The notes under the pieces are model-generated. The model ran no database searches, was not told the DNA's origin, and saw only the letters and a program-made list of their open reading frames with translations. The position numbers and the translations under genes were made by a program. A stretch of DNA of 64,000 bases from Gemmatimonadota bacterium (lineage in GTDB: Bacteria; JBHIER01; G020348925), in assembly GCA_020348925.1 (NCBI GenBank), contig CP070758.1:3549688-3613687 (forward strand), written 5' to 3'. How positions within the stretch are numbered: position 1 is the first letter of the stretch; each line of letters starts with the position of its first letter. Positions 37,902 through 48,315 of this stretch are shown one piece after another.

Positions 37902-39476
37902 TTACTTCTCGAATATCTCCGTGGCCTGGATGATGTTGACCCTGGTTACATTCAACGGATAACCCTCGTAGATCTTATCCTGTTCCGAAATCTCAGGTGG
38001 CGTCGATCCGGGATCCTGGTAGGTTATGGGCGTGATGGCATTGGTCACTAAAGCATTTTTTACCTTGACCGCATCCTCACAGGTCATGGCTACCTTGAGA
38101 TTTTCGAATTGGAGGTATCTCTTGATGGCCGCATTGACGTCATCGACGGTCAATGTGCGCAGTTTTTCGTCAATATTCTCGATGAAATTCTTCACCTGAT
38201 ACTCGAGAGGCAGCTTCTTTTCAAAATCAGAGCCGATCTCGTTGATGAGTCGCTGCGTGTCGTAGAATTCCGAATCCATCTGATATCCAAGTCGGCGGCT
38301 CAATGTCTGGGTCCACTGCTTGGAGTAATTGAGGACAAACTGGCGCGACAGCTCAAAATCCTCCTCGGAGAGTCCCTTCTCAACCAGATTTTGGAGCTCC
38401 TTGACCGCTGCTTTCAGTGAAAAAAGGGCGTTCTCCTGGGCCACGGGCCGGATCCAAATGCTGAAAAACTGTTGCCGCCGCGGAATGTTGGGGCGGGCGA
38501 AGCGGCCCATGCCCTGGATGAAGTTTTCTATGTAGGAGTAATCTCCGTAATTGAGGCCCCGGGCTTCTCTGAGAGTATTGTAGAGCACGCCGACCGACAT
38601 GCGATGCTCACCCAGATAGGAGTTGGCCACCATGAGGGCGTAGAAATCGTCGTCCGCCCTGGTCACATCGATGGGACAACCGATGGAGATGGCCGATGCC
38701 CGACCGGGTTTTTCCACCAACAAAACCTCAATACCGTCGATGGGCTCAGGATCGGGAAGACCCATCGGTTTGACCTTGCCCTTGGGAAGTGTCTCGAAGT
38801 CCTGTCTGACCCTCTCGATAAACTCCGCTGGATATCCGCCGGCGAGGCCGATTGTTATCCGGTCCTTGGTGTACATTTTCTTGTAGAAACGTTTTACGTC
38901 ATCGAGAGTGATGGACTTGAGCCCCTGGACTGTGCCTTCATTGGGATGGCCGTAAGGATGGTTCTGGTAGAGTAAAATGTTCAAAGCCTCCTTGCCCAGA
39001 TCCTCGTCGTCGGTGCCCCGAAGTGTTTTTTCAAGATAGTTGAGTAGCTGGTCCCTGTTGCGCTCAAAGTCGTCGGGATCGAACCTCGGATGAAGCAAAA
39101 GGTCAGAGAAAATCTTGTAAAACTTCTTGAGATGATCCCTGTGGACATTCCCGGTGAACACGGTCACCTCCTTATCGGCCTGAACACCGATCCCCGCGGC
39201 CATGGGGTACAGGGTTGTGATGACCTCCTGGTACGTCAATTCTTCCGTTCCGCCGGATCCGAGTACATTGGCCGTGAGTGTGTTCAACCCCTCTTTGCCC
39301 GGTGGATCATAGATTGATCCTGAATGGACGAATATGCGGAAGGCGATGAGGGGTGAATCGGGGCTTGGAATTTGACTTGTCTTCACCTCTGTTTCACTGT
39401 ATGCATTGAAATTCATCATGGTACCCATCATAATGAGTGTAAGCGCACATGCAAAAAAACGGCCTGTTGTGTTCAT
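37902..39476 (-). CDS. M16B peptidase non-catalytic subunit
   Basis: Pitrilysin-like fold (GSIYDPPGKEGL, HPYGHP..GT, LREARGLNYG); lacks HxxEH; overlaps the partner stop codon. Confidence 0.85.
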   Translation of the reverse strand: MNTTGRFFACALTLIMMGTMMNFNAYSETEVKTSQIPSPDSPLIAFRIFVHSGSIYDPPGKEGLNTLTANVLGSGGTEELTYQEVITTLYPMAAGIGVQADKEVTVFTGNVHRDHLKKFYKIFSDLLLHPRFDPDDFERNRDQLLNYLEKTLRGTDDEDLGKEALNILLYQNHPYGHPNEGTVQGLKSITLDDVKRFYKKMYTKDRITIGLAGGYPAEFIERVRQDFETLPKGKVKPMGLPDPEPIDGIEVLLVEKPGRASAISIGCPIDVTRADDDFYALMVANSYLGEHRMSVGVLYNTLREARGLNYGDYSYIENFIQGMGRFARPNIPRRQQFFSIWIRPVAQENALFSLKAAVKELQNLVEKGLSEEDFELSRQFVLNYSKQWTQTLSRRLGYQMDSEFYDTQRLINEIGSDFEKKLPLEYQVKNFIENIDEKLRTLTVDDVNAAIKRYLQFENLKVAMTCEDAVKVKNALVTNAITPITYQDPGSTPPEISEQDKIYEGYPLNVTRVNIIQATEIFEK

Positions 39477-40813
39477 TTCTCACCTCCGTAGGTGAGGGTC
39501 ACAATGGTACGATTTTCCACGCCGAAATATTGTTGAGCGACGTCCATAACATCCTGGGGTGTGACTTGGTCGTAGAGCATGTAGACGCGGTTGACCGTCT
39601 CATAGTCAGCCGTCATCTGGAGATAATGGGCCAACGTCCCGGCGATACGGCCGGGAGTATCAAGTCCCATGGCGAAATTGTATTTCATGTGGGATTTGAT
39701 CTCAGCCAAACGTTCCTCTGAGACCGGTGATTTTATCGTCTCTTCGATGGCCGCAAAGATCTCTTCCCGGACCCGCTCCATATCCTGTTCGTCCTTGATG
39801 CGGGTCACAATCGTGAAGAGCGGCGGGTCTCGATGATCGGTACAGCCACCGTAAATAAATTCGACGACGGCCTCTTCAACCACAAGCTTCCGATAGAGGG
39901 GCGAACTTTCTGAAAAAGCGAGCTGGGACATGAGGTCCAGAGCCGGCATATCGATCTGCCGATCACTGAAAGCCGGACCATGGTACCCGATGAGGAGAAT
40001 CGGCATCGTCGGGTTGTCCCAGGTGATATGGGCTGTCTTCTCTTCGGTCTGGGGTGGCTCGACAGGAATATCCACCTTGTAGTCGCTTCGCTCCCAGTCG
40101 CCGTAATATTTCTTAACGAGCCGGATGAGAGTGTCCTGATCGAAGTCGCCGACGACGACGATGATGCTGTTATCGGGCCTGTAGTAGCGGTCGTGGAACT
40201 GAAGGCTGTAATTGTACAGGTTGGGCATGTTCTCGATATCCTGGAGAAAGCCCATGGTGGTATGTTTGTACGTGTGAGTGGTGTACGCGTTATCGTGGAG
40301 CTTTTCGAACATGATCAAGAAGGGGTTGGATGAGTTCATGTTGTATTCGCCGAGGACCGCACCGGCCTCCTTCCTGAATGCCTCCTCCGAGTATTTCAGG
40401 TTTTTGAACCGGTCCGACTCCAGGTCGATGATGGTCTCCAGAGCGTCCTTCGTGCCCACCAGATGGTAGCAGGTGTAATCATCGGTGGTGAAGGCGTTGT
40501 CGTCGATGCCGTAGCTCTGCAGTATCTCATCGTACTTATCGGATGGATATTTTTCCGTCCCCCGGAACATCATGTGCTCGAAGAAGTGGGCGAAGCCGGA
40601 TCGGCCCGGTTCCACCTCATTTCGCGAGCCAGCCCGGACAACGGTGTAGTAGGCGATCAATCCCGGACTGTCGTAGGGAACGGAGACCACTTTCAGGCCG
40701 TTGTCCAGGATGACCTCGTTGACCTTGTAGGGAAAGACCTTGGAATGAGCCCCGTTCGACCCCATGACCAGCCCTATCAGGACGAATGCCACAAGGGCAA
40801 AACCTTTTGTCAT
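39473..40813 (-). CDS. M16B zinc peptidase catalytic subunit
   Basis: Signal peptide, GFAHFFEHMMFRGT (HxxEH), NAFT. Confidence 0.92.
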   Translation of the reverse strand: MTKGFALVAFVLIGLVMGSNGAHSKVFPYKVNEVILDNGLKVVSVPYDSPGLIAYYTVVRAGSRNEVEPGRSGFAHFFEHMMFRGTEKYPSDKYDEILQSYGIDDNAFTTDDYTCYHLVGTKDALETIIDLESDRFKNLKYSEEAFRKEAGAVLGEYNMNSSNPFLIMFEKLHDNAYTTHTYKHTTMGFLQDIENMPNLYNYSLQFHDRYYRPDNSIIVVVGDFDQDTLIRLVKKYYGDWERSDYKVDIPVEPPQTEEKTAHITWDNPTMPILLIGYHGPAFSDRQIDMPALDLMSQLAFSESSPLYRKLVVEEAVVEFIYGGCTDHRDPPLFTIVTRIKDEQDMERVREEIFAAIEETIKSPVSEERLAEIKSHMKYNFAMGLDTPGRIAGTLAHYLQMTADYETVNRVYMLYDQVTPQDVMDVAQQYFGVENRTIVTLTYGGEK

Positions 40814-40947
40814 ACGCCACCTCCTTTGATTTTAAAAGTAGTATAGTTATCACACCCCTAAATGATGGACACGCTCCAAAGTGGAGTGTAAATATATGGA
40901 TGAGACAGAGGAAAGTCAAGGTGTGTCTAGATTGCATCCAATAGGTC

Positions 40948-40981
40948 CTCCCCTTTTTCAAAGGGGAGTTAGAGGGGATTT
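40948..40981. repeat. REP-like palindromic element
   Basis: CTCCCCTTT-TTC-AAAGGGGAG followed by TTAGAGGGGATTT. Confidence 0.5.
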
Positions 40982-41024
40982 CAAGAGTTGGGGCGAAGGC
41001 AGAATTCTAACTCCAAATCAGGCT

Positions 41025-41049
41025 GGGGCAGGAGTTGTCCTCCTGCCCC
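41025..41049 (-). terminator. Stem-loop downstream of the 41096 gene
   Basis: GGGGCAGGAG-TTGTC-CTCCTGCCCC, perfect 10-bp stem. Confidence 0.55.
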
Positions 41050-41095
41050 CTAAGAGTGTCGAAATGACATTCTGTTTTTACGTATAAGTATGACT

Positions 41096-41530
41096 TTATT
41101 CCGTAACAGGAGTACCCGTTCCCTCAAGCGGCTTATAAATAACGGCCACCAGGATGCCCAGAATGACCATCTCAATGAGTCCGATGAGGAACCAGTAGAT
41201 GACGAACTTGAAGGGGATGGGGTAGACCGTCCATTGCCAGATGGACGTAATGAGACTGTAGAAAAGAGCCATCAGAATCCCGAACCGAACGCCCTCGATA
41301 AGGCCCTTGCCCTCACGGCCTCTGATGAAAATATAGCAGAAGAGAAAAGCCCACAGGAGAGTGAAGATATACCCGATGGGCATGACTTTCATCATCTCAG
41401 AATCGGACCGTGTAACCTCCTGTATCTCTTCGTACACAGGGCCCATCAAACCCATGTGGAAGATGAAATCGAGGATCATCATGGCCACGAAGACGGCGAT
41501 ACCGGCGATCACGAACCGTTTGACGTTCAT
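41096..41530 (-). CDS. Four-TM membrane protein (DUF1761-like)
   Basis: SD AAGGAGG before MNVKRFVIAG; EGVRFGIL motif; four hydrophobic segments. Confidence 0.75.
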   Translation of the reverse strand: MNVKRFVIAGIAVFVAMMILDFIFHMGLMGPVYEEIQEVTRSDSEMMKVMPIGYIFTLLWAFLFCYIFIRGREGKGLIEGVRFGILMALFYSLITSIWQWTVYPIPFKFVIYWFLIGLIEMVILGILVAVIYKPLEGTGTPVTE

Positions 41531-41683
41531 AACAGCCTCCTTTGGAAAGGTGAGGTTTATAATACCATGATATTTTATGATGGCAAAGGCGATTTTATAC
41601 TTCTTCAAGCTTGCATCGAGCCAGTTCTATGGTTTTCTTACTCCGGTCAGGGCCTTTTCGTTCTCTTCAGGGTCGTCAGAATA

Positions 41684-41914
41684 CTAGGCGGGAAACTCAC
41701 CCGGAAGACCATGTGGATTATGGGTCGGGAAATAGTAGTCGTCAAGTCTTTTTCCACCATATAGGGATTTGAAATCGTCGTCAATGGAAATGGCCATTTT
41801 CGAGGAGGGTCCTGCGGAAGAAATGGTCCCGGAATCACTGAGAGACTTTACATTTTCGGTAACATCGTGATCCGTTGCATTTCCCACCTTGATTTCCAAA
41901 ACAGTCAGTCCCAT
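41684..41914 (-). pseudogene. Degenerate clan AA aspartyl protease remnant
   Basis: SD GAGGTG, MGLTVLEIKVGN...ENVKSLSDSGTISS resembles the MGLT..V.N...FLIDSGA start of small aspartyl proteases, then loses similarity. Confidence 0.45.
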
Positions 41915-42031
41915 TTCATTCACCTCTAAGTGTATAAAGGAGATGTAAAAATGGTCTGGAAATGTATTTCCATAACTTGACGAATAATAAAACAAAGAGA
42001 GTCTCAAGTCAATAGAAAATCAGTTAAGCGT

Positions 42032-45000
42032 TTAGAATGCATGACCCAGAGCCACCAGCCAGCGGAATTCGAGTTCATCCTCGTCCGGGAGAGGATGACT
42101 GACATAGACCGGGAAATCGGCACGGATGATGTACTTTCCCAAGCGAGGGGGTATTTTGGGAACCGTCCAGAGGAAGCCGAGGCCGGCGTCGTGTTGAAAC
42201 GTGAAGGTGTAATCTTTCTGGCGGATGTCCCCCATATCGAAGAAGGCATAGTTTTCGATTGTGCTGAGATGTTTTCCGATCAAGGGTAGTGTTGCTAAAG
42301 GGCGCCTCAATATTTTTGGAAAATTGAGTTCGAGGTTGAAAGCGAGAATACGATTCCCGATTTCATTCTGTTCCAGGTAACCCCGCATGTTCCCTCCACC
42401 GCCCTTGTGGAGATGTCCGTCTTTCCGCCAAACATTCGGAAGCCCTCCTTTGCTTCGATAGAATTGGGCGTCGTACTCCTCGGCCGGATTGGCTCCAGTG
42501 AGGTAAAACTGTCGTTGCATCGGCACATCACCCTCTCCGTGTCCCCAGTAGAATCGGCTATTCATGTGCCAGGAACGGCCCAGATTGAAGTTCTTCACGA
42601 CAGCCACGTCGACCCGACTGAAATCGTAATCGCTCTTGAAGGTGTTGGTGACAAAGCTGGCACAGAGATGAGTGTGGACTCGCCTGGTTCGGGTGTGATG
42701 GCCGAACTGTGCTTCGACGGTAGTAACGACACCATCATCCCAGGGTGAGATGAGATAGGAGGCATCATGTAGCTCCATTCGCTGTGCCGTCAGATCGAGG
42801 GTCGTATAAGGGAATCCTCCGAGCATGCGCCGGTAGACATCGCTGAATCCAAGGGCGATTTCCGATCGGCCCTCAATACGGCTACCCTTCAGGATGAAAT
42901 TGGTAAGCCGTCCGAAATGCCTGACCGGAGTTGTGTAGTGTATATTATAATCGAACTCACCGCTCATCGGACCGATCCACAAGCCTCCCCGGAAGTGATG
43001 ATCGGCGCTGTATTCCGTCTTCATATAACTCCCCTCGCAGATCAATCCCGACTTGAGACCGTCGACGTCATTGTACGCGAAGGAGGGACGAAAAGTGATG
43101 TGATAGGCGTCCCACGTGGGGTAGTCCACATAGAGGTTGTCCAGGCGAACGTCGAGTTTGGGAAGCAGACCGGACCGATTATTGAGCCGGCTCGTTTCAG
43201 CCAAGCGGAGGCTTGGATCGATTTCGGCTGATATCGCTTTTGTGGGAAGGCTGACCGATGCTGTGTACATCCGATTGAATTCATCCCAGCCGTACCATGG
43301 CTCCAGAACGATGGCTCCCTCCTCCTGTTTCGAAAATTGATCGATGGGGATGATGAGCTTCTGCCGTGTGCCGTCGGCCAGAGTGAGCACGAGGTCGATG
43401 GGCATAATAATCTCGCCGCAACGCCTTAACCCGATGTTCACTTCATATTGTCCGCTGGACAGCTTCTTGTTCTTGAGGGAAGCGACGGCATAATCGCACG
43501 TCTTCGTCGTGTTCCACCACTGCTCGAAGAACCAGTGCAAAGGGCGGCCGCTGATCTCCTCGGCGATGGCCATGAAGTCATCAGGATACGGATGGTGAAA
43601 TGTATAGCGTTCATAGTACGTTCGTACTACTTCGTTGAAGACATCGTCCCCCAAGACATATTCGAGCATGTAGAGGGTGATGGCCGGCTTGTTGTAGGCT
43701 GAGTTCCGATACGTCAGTCGCTCCCTGGTTTGATCGGAATGGATGAGGACCTTCTCCTCGTACCCTGTTTTGGCCAGGGTGAGATATTTGTGGTAGCGTG
43801 ACAGGCGCATGTTTCTCTTTTGATAGAAGGTTCTCTCGTACCACGTTTTGAGGTCCGGCCAGTCGAGGTTTTCATATTCCTCGACCAGGCTGTCCAGGGC
43901 GAAGGCGGTCAGGTAGGTGGTGAAGCCTTCGTCGAGACAGGGGTAGGCCGTTTCGTTGCTACCCACAGCTCCGTAGAACCAGTTGTGACCGATCTCGTGG
44001 TAAAAGAGGTACTGATAACTGGGGCTTGTCCCACCGCACATGACGATCATCGGATACTCCATACCCTGATCGACGTCTGCGACCGTCATCTGAGGATAGG
44101 GGTACGTGCCGAAGTTCTCCGAGAAGAGGCGGATCGCGTTGCGTGTCGCTTCGGCCGCATCGTGCCAGGTGTGAGCTTTTCGCTCACGGACAAGGGTGTA
44201 GATATGAACCCCCTCCCATTCTGCAGTACCGATGCGGAAGGTGCGATCGGCGCACCAGGCAAAATCGTGAACGTTTTCGGCCCGGAAGATCCACGTTTTT
44301 GTTGTATCGCCTCGCAGGTTTATTTTGGGCCACAGGTACTCAGGCGTACCTCCGTAATTCTTTATGTCCAGCTTTTCCATGAGAGTGTCTGGGAGGACGT
44401 CCGCTCTGTTTATAAGGACCCCGGTAGCCCCGACAATGAAATCCGATGGCACAGTGATTTCAACATCGAAGGAGCCGAATTCTCCGTAAAACTCGTGGCC
44501 GAAGTGCTGATCGGTGTGCCAGCCGCCGCAGTCGTCGTAGACGCATATTTTCGGATACCACTGGGAGATCACGAATTGACCACCTTGTGCATTGATCCGC
44601 CAGGCTCGCTTGCCGATCTTTGTGACAAAATCCATTTCAAAGGCCGCCTGCTCTCCGGGTGGGAGGGGTCGATTCAACGGAACTCTCATGATGGTATTGT
44701 CCGTCTCTTGGGCGAGGAGATCCCCGCTTCCGTTTCGGAGATGGGAGATCTGAATCCAGCCCCGGTCCTCCCCATTCAGGTCTGCCAGGGTGTAATTGTG
44801 TCGTGACCGAAATTTGTTATCAAGGTAACTGCCCGGTTGAAACGCGTTCTGATAGAGGTGAAAGTGGACCTCGTACAAAGTGTCGGGTGAATTGTTGGTG
44901 TACATCAGAATTTCGTGGCCCGTCAACTTCTCTTCATGCGTATCCAAAGAGACCCGAATAGTATAGACTACAGCCTGTTGCCAAGCAATTACCGAACCCC

Positions 45001-45067
45001 AGCCGCAAAGGAGCACGAGGATGATGGCTGACATGAAGAGACGGGCAAGGACCTGTTTGGGTTTCAT
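42032..45067 (-). CDS. Secreted M1-family metalloaminopeptidase with C-terminal putative outer-membrane beta-barrel
   Basis: WYPKICVYD, AENVHDFAW, GMEYP, HEIGHNWF..DEGFTT; C-terminal amphipathic strands, NMRGY and terminal Phe. Confidence 0.88.
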   Translation of the reverse strand: MKPKQVLARLFMSAIILVLLCGWGSVIAWQQAVVYTIRVSLDTHEEKLTGHEILMYTNNSPDTLYEVHFHLYQNAFQPGSYLDNKFRSRHNYTLADLNGEDRGWIQISHLRNGSGDLLAQETDNTIMRVPLNRPLPPGEQAAFEMDFVTKIGKRAWRINAQGGQFVISQWYPKICVYDDCGGWHTDQHFGHEFYGEFGSFDVEITVPSDFIVGATGVLINRADVLPDTLMEKLDIKNYGGTPEYLWPKINLRGDTTKTWIFRAENVHDFAWCADRTFRIGTAEWEGVHIYTLVRERKAHTWHDAAEATRNAIRLFSENFGTYPYPQMTVADVDQGMEYPMIVMCGGTSPSYQYLFYHEIGHNWFYGAVGSNETAYPCLDEGFTTYLTAFALDSLVEEYENLDWPDLKTWYERTFYQKRNMRLSRYHKYLTLAKTGYEEKVLIHSDQTRERLTYRNSAYNKPAITLYMLEYVLGDDVFNEVVRTYYERYTFHHPYPDDFMAIAEEISGRPLHWFFEQWWNTTKTCDYAVASLKNKKLSSGQYEVNIGLRRCGEIIMPIDLVLTLADGTRQKLIIPIDQFSKQEEGAIVLEPWYGWDEFNRMYTASVSLPTKAISAEIDPSLRLAETSRLNNRSGLLPKLDVRLDNLYVDYPTWDAYHITFRPSFAYNDVDGLKSGLICEGSYMKTEYSADHHFRGGLWIGPMSGEFDYNIHYTTPVRHFGRLTNFILKGSRIEGRSEIALGFSDVYRRMLGGFPYTTLDLTAQRMELHDASYLISPWDDGVVTTVEAQFGHHTRTRRVHTHLCASFVTNTFKSDYDFSRVDVAVVKNFNLGRSWHMNSRFYWGHGEGDVPMQRQFYLTGANPAEEYDAQFYRSKGGLPNVWRKDGHLHKGGGGNMRGYLEQNEIGNRILAFNLELNFPKILRRPLATLPLIGKHLSTIENYAFFDMGDIRQKDYTFTFQHDAGLGFLWTVPKIPPRLGKYIIRADFPVYVSHPLPDEDELEFRWLVALGHAF

Positions 45068-45192
45068 AGTTCCCCCTTTCAGCAGAGATGAAAGTCCGGG
45101 TCAAAAATACATAAGAAAAGCATAAAAATCAAGGAGGGATCGTGCCGGCTGCTACATTTCGTTAGAAAAGACGGTCGAAATTGAAAAAGGGC

Positions 45193-45221
45193 TTGACGTT
45201 GGGGCTTTTTTATTGTATGCT
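45193..45221 (+). promoter_or_regulatory. sigma70-type promoter of recJ
   Basis: TTGACG-N17-TATGCT. Confidence 0.5.
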
Positions 45222-45348
45222 ATATTTGTCCGTTGAGCTGTGGTTCCATGAGACTGTTCGACAGGACGGAACTGTGGTGTTCAGGGCTCAATGTGACTTC
45301 GGTATGACTTTTAACGATCGTTCCTGCGAGATGAGCTCAAAGTAATTC

Positions 45349-47070
45349 ATGGATATGTTTTTGCATGATTGGTGGTTACCAAACGCTCGACCCAAATTGG
45401 TCGAAACTATTTCGAGTCAATTATCCTTAACACGCCCAATAGCAACGATTCTTGCCAACCGTAGATATGAAAATACGGAGGAGGTCTTCTCTTTTCTCCA
45501 CCCAAGACTTGAGTCTCTTCACGACCCCTTCATATTACCGGATATGGAGATCGCTGTCCGCAGAATCTTAAGGGCTGTGGACGAAAAGGAGCCTATTGTT
45601 ATATACGGACATGACGATGTGGACGGAATGACGAGCGCCCTTGTTCTGTGCGAGGTGATAAGAAAGCTCCAGGGTTCGGTTTCTTCGTATGTTCCGAATC
45701 GAATTGCAGAGGGCACCGGACTCAGTTTTGACAATGTGAACAGACTCGCCCATCAGGGTGCGAAACTCATTGTCACTGTCGATTGCGCAGTTGAGAGTCG
45801 GCGTATCGGTGAAAACGTCCACCGGCTTCCCCTCGATATTATTATTACGGATCATCACGAGGTGCATGATGTCGTGCCCCTGCCCTTTTCTTTTGTCAAT
45901 CCGAAACGGAGTGATTCTGCCTATTTTTTCAGAGAGTTATCAGGAGTGGGAGTGAGTTTCAAATTAGCTCAGGCGCTCCTGTTGGAGCGGGGTCATGCCG
46001 TGCACCCATTTTTTGACAAGATCGGGGATCTGATAGCCCTGGGGACACTGGCCGATAAGGTCCCTCTCGTTGACGAGAATAGAGTTTTTACAAGATTGGG
46101 ATTTGAGCTCATGAATAAACGGTTGCGACCAGGTTTAGGTGCTATCGGGGACCTTTTCAACGAGAACGAAACGATACAAACAGGATTTGTGATGAGGAAA
46201 ATGATTCCGATTCTCAGTTCCGCTCATTCGGTGAAAGGTCGGAATGCCGGTTTTGATCTCCTGCAGACAGAGAACCGGAATCGGGCAGCTCAGATAGCTG
46301 GAAAACTTCGGAAGGCCAGCCAGGAGTGGCAACAGATGCTTCTCGAATCGTACCAGCGAATTTTAGAGCAGGTGGGAGAGGACCATGATAGAAACCTGAT
46401 CTTGATTGTCGATGAGCGGACGCCACCCGGTGTCCTCGGAGCGACCGCTGCAAAGCTCATGAGAGACCATCACTGTCCTGCAATTATGTTAAGTTTCTAT
46501 GAGGATCGATATTTGGGTGAAGGGCGAGCTCCCAAGGGAATAGACCTTGTGGATCTCTTGAGTCAATGTCGTGATCTCCTCATCACTTTCGGAGGTCACA
46601 AGCAGGCTGCGGGTTTTTCGCTCTTTCCGGAATATGTTACAGATTTTCAGGAACGCCTGAAAGAACTGATCCAAGACATGGTCGTACCGGTCACACTCTC
46701 CAGACGACTTGATTTGGAAACAGATTTATGTGCCTTTGATCAACGTTTTTTCAGGGAGTATGATCTCTTGGCTCCTTTTGGTCGGGAGAATCCGAATCCA
46801 TTTTTCATGTGCCGTGGCGTCAACATCAAATCCACATCTGCTGAGGAACTCGATGAACAGTATATAGGTATCGGGACCGTCCGCGAGTTTCCCTTGATTG
46901 CGTTCCGGCACCAGCAGGAAATCCACTCGAAGCTCAAGGACCATCTTTCAACACCATGTGATATTGTGATCCAAATTGTAACCCTGTACGGAAATACGCC
47001 GCATATGCTCCTGAGGGATTTACGAAGAGCTGAGTTTTTCAAGCATAGCAATCATCGGTCTTCTTCTTAG
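45349..47070 (+). CDS. recJ: Single-stranded DNA exonuclease RecJ (DHH/DHHA1)
   Basis: LHDPFILPDM..AV.RI, DVDG, TVDC, TDHH, LSGVGV.FKL, LGTLAD.VPL..ENR, FGGHKQAAG, PFG..NP. Confidence 0.88.
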   Translation: MDMFLHDWWLPNARPKLVETISSQLSLTRPIATILANRRYENTEEVFSFLHPRLESLHDPFILPDMEIAVRRILRAVDEKEPIVIYGHDDVDGMTSALVLCEVIRKLQGSVSSYVPNRIAEGTGLSFDNVNRLAHQGAKLIVTVDCAVESRRIGENVHRLPLDIIITDHHEVHDVVPLPFSFVNPKRSDSAYFFRELSGVGVSFKLAQALLLERGHAVHPFFDKIGDLIALGTLADKVPLVDENRVFTRLGFELMNKRLRPGLGAIGDLFNENETIQTGFVMRKMIPILSSAHSVKGRNAGFDLLQTENRNRAAQIAGKLRKASQEWQQMLLESYQRILEQVGEDHDRNLILIVDERTPPGVLGATAAKLMRDHHCPAIMLSFYEDRYLGEGRAPKGIDLVDLLSQCRDLLITFGGHKQAAGFSLFPEYVTDFQERLKELIQDMVVPVTLSRRLDLETDLCAFDQRFFREYDLLAPFGRENPNPFFMCRGVNIKSTSAEELDEQYIGIGTVREFPLIAFRHQQEIHSKLKDHLSTPCDIVIQIVTLYGNTPHMLLRDLRRAEFFKHSNHRSSS

Positions 47071-47196
47071 GGTGCGAGGCGGGAATTGCGAAAACCCGCA
47101 TCCAAAGAATCTGAAAAGACTTGATCTGTATGGTGAAATATAGTATACTTTTGAGCAGTGGTTAAGAAGGTTTCATCGATCTCTTTGAAGGATATT

Positions 47197-47943
47197 ATGA
47201 CTGAGACAAGACGATTTTCAACGGCGCTCATTGATAGGTTGCGATCTGCGGAAGCCGTGGCTGTTCTCACAGGTGCCGGCATATCCGCTGAAAGCGGGGT
47301 GCCGACCTTTCGCGGGCAAGATGGTCTGTGGAAAAAATACAGGCCGGAAGAATTGGCCAATTTCGATGCGTTCATGCGTAATCCCACACTTGTCTGGGAG
47401 TGGTACAATTATCGGCGTGAGCTCATCTCGGAAGTCGATCCAAATCCCGGTCATTACGCCTTGGCACAGTTGGAAAAAATGTGCGACACCTTCACTCTCA
47501 TCACTCAGAATGTTGACGGATTACACCAGCGAGCAGGCAGTAAGAGAGTTCTTGAATTGCACGGCAATATTACAAAAAACAGGTGCGTTTCATGTTCCAA
47601 GACAGATGGTGTGAGCAGGACAATTGATGATCTTCCGCATTGTGACTGCGGCGGACTTCTCCGGCCTGATGTGGTTTGGTTCGGAGAGTCGCTGCCGCAG
47701 AAGGAATTGGAATTAGCCTTCGATACGGCCTCCAGGAGTACGGTCTTTCTCAACATCGGCACCTCAGGCGTCGTTCAACCAGCCGCATCCTTATCGCTTG
47801 TGGCCAGGAGGAACGGGGCCTACGTGTGTGAGATTAACATTGAGGAAACGGTCCTGTCGGGTCAGATGGATGAAACGATTTTGGGGCCGTCAGGTGAAAT
47901 AATGCCTCATCTTGTGGAGTTACTCAAAAAAAACAGAATGTAA
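47197..47943 (+). CDS. cobB: NAD-dependent deacylase, class III sirtuin
   Basis: TGAGISAESGVPTFRG, WEWY..RR, ITQNVDGLHQRAG, LHG, RPDVVWFGE, GTSGVVQPAA. Confidence 0.93.
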   Translation: MTETRRFSTALIDRLRSAEAVAVLTGAGISAESGVPTFRGQDGLWKKYRPEELANFDAFMRNPTLVWEWYNYRRELISEVDPNPGHYALAQLEKMCDTFTLITQNVDGLHQRAGSKRVLELHGNITKNRCVSCSKTDGVSRTIDDLPHCDCGGLLRPDVVWFGESLPQKELELAFDTASRSTVFLNIGTSGVVQPAASLSLVARRNGAYVCEINIEETVLSGQMDETILGPSGEIMPHLVELLKKNRM

Positions 47944-48315
47944 AAACGTGGGATTTTTTGCGAAAAAACCCTGAGTATTACGAAGCGACCTCTCCTCCAG
48001 CCATTTCAATTTGGCGTTTGCTCATACTTCGGAAGGCCAAAATTATCAAGGAGAAAGGAACAAAATGCTGGAAAGAGTGTTCGAGTTATTAAGAACGATG
48101 GTGACGCCTGCTGAGCGATGTGAACCGCAACCGATTCTCCGGCGTGGAACGGATTACGCCCGTAACAGCGCATCGTTTCTCTCAATACTTTTGTGAAGCG
48201 ATCTTCGTCCGGCAGTAGGAGGTGACTTGATCCTGGCAGCGTCATTGTATTTCTTCCGTATCTTGATTTGTATGACGCCGACTCTTTTATTTTCGAAAAG
48301 GATAGTACACATTCC

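Noticed and set aside
43820-44806. Long antisense ORFs (also 30621..31502, 33636..34430, 58544..59545)
   Set aside because: Antisense shadows of well-supported genes with no motifs of their own.
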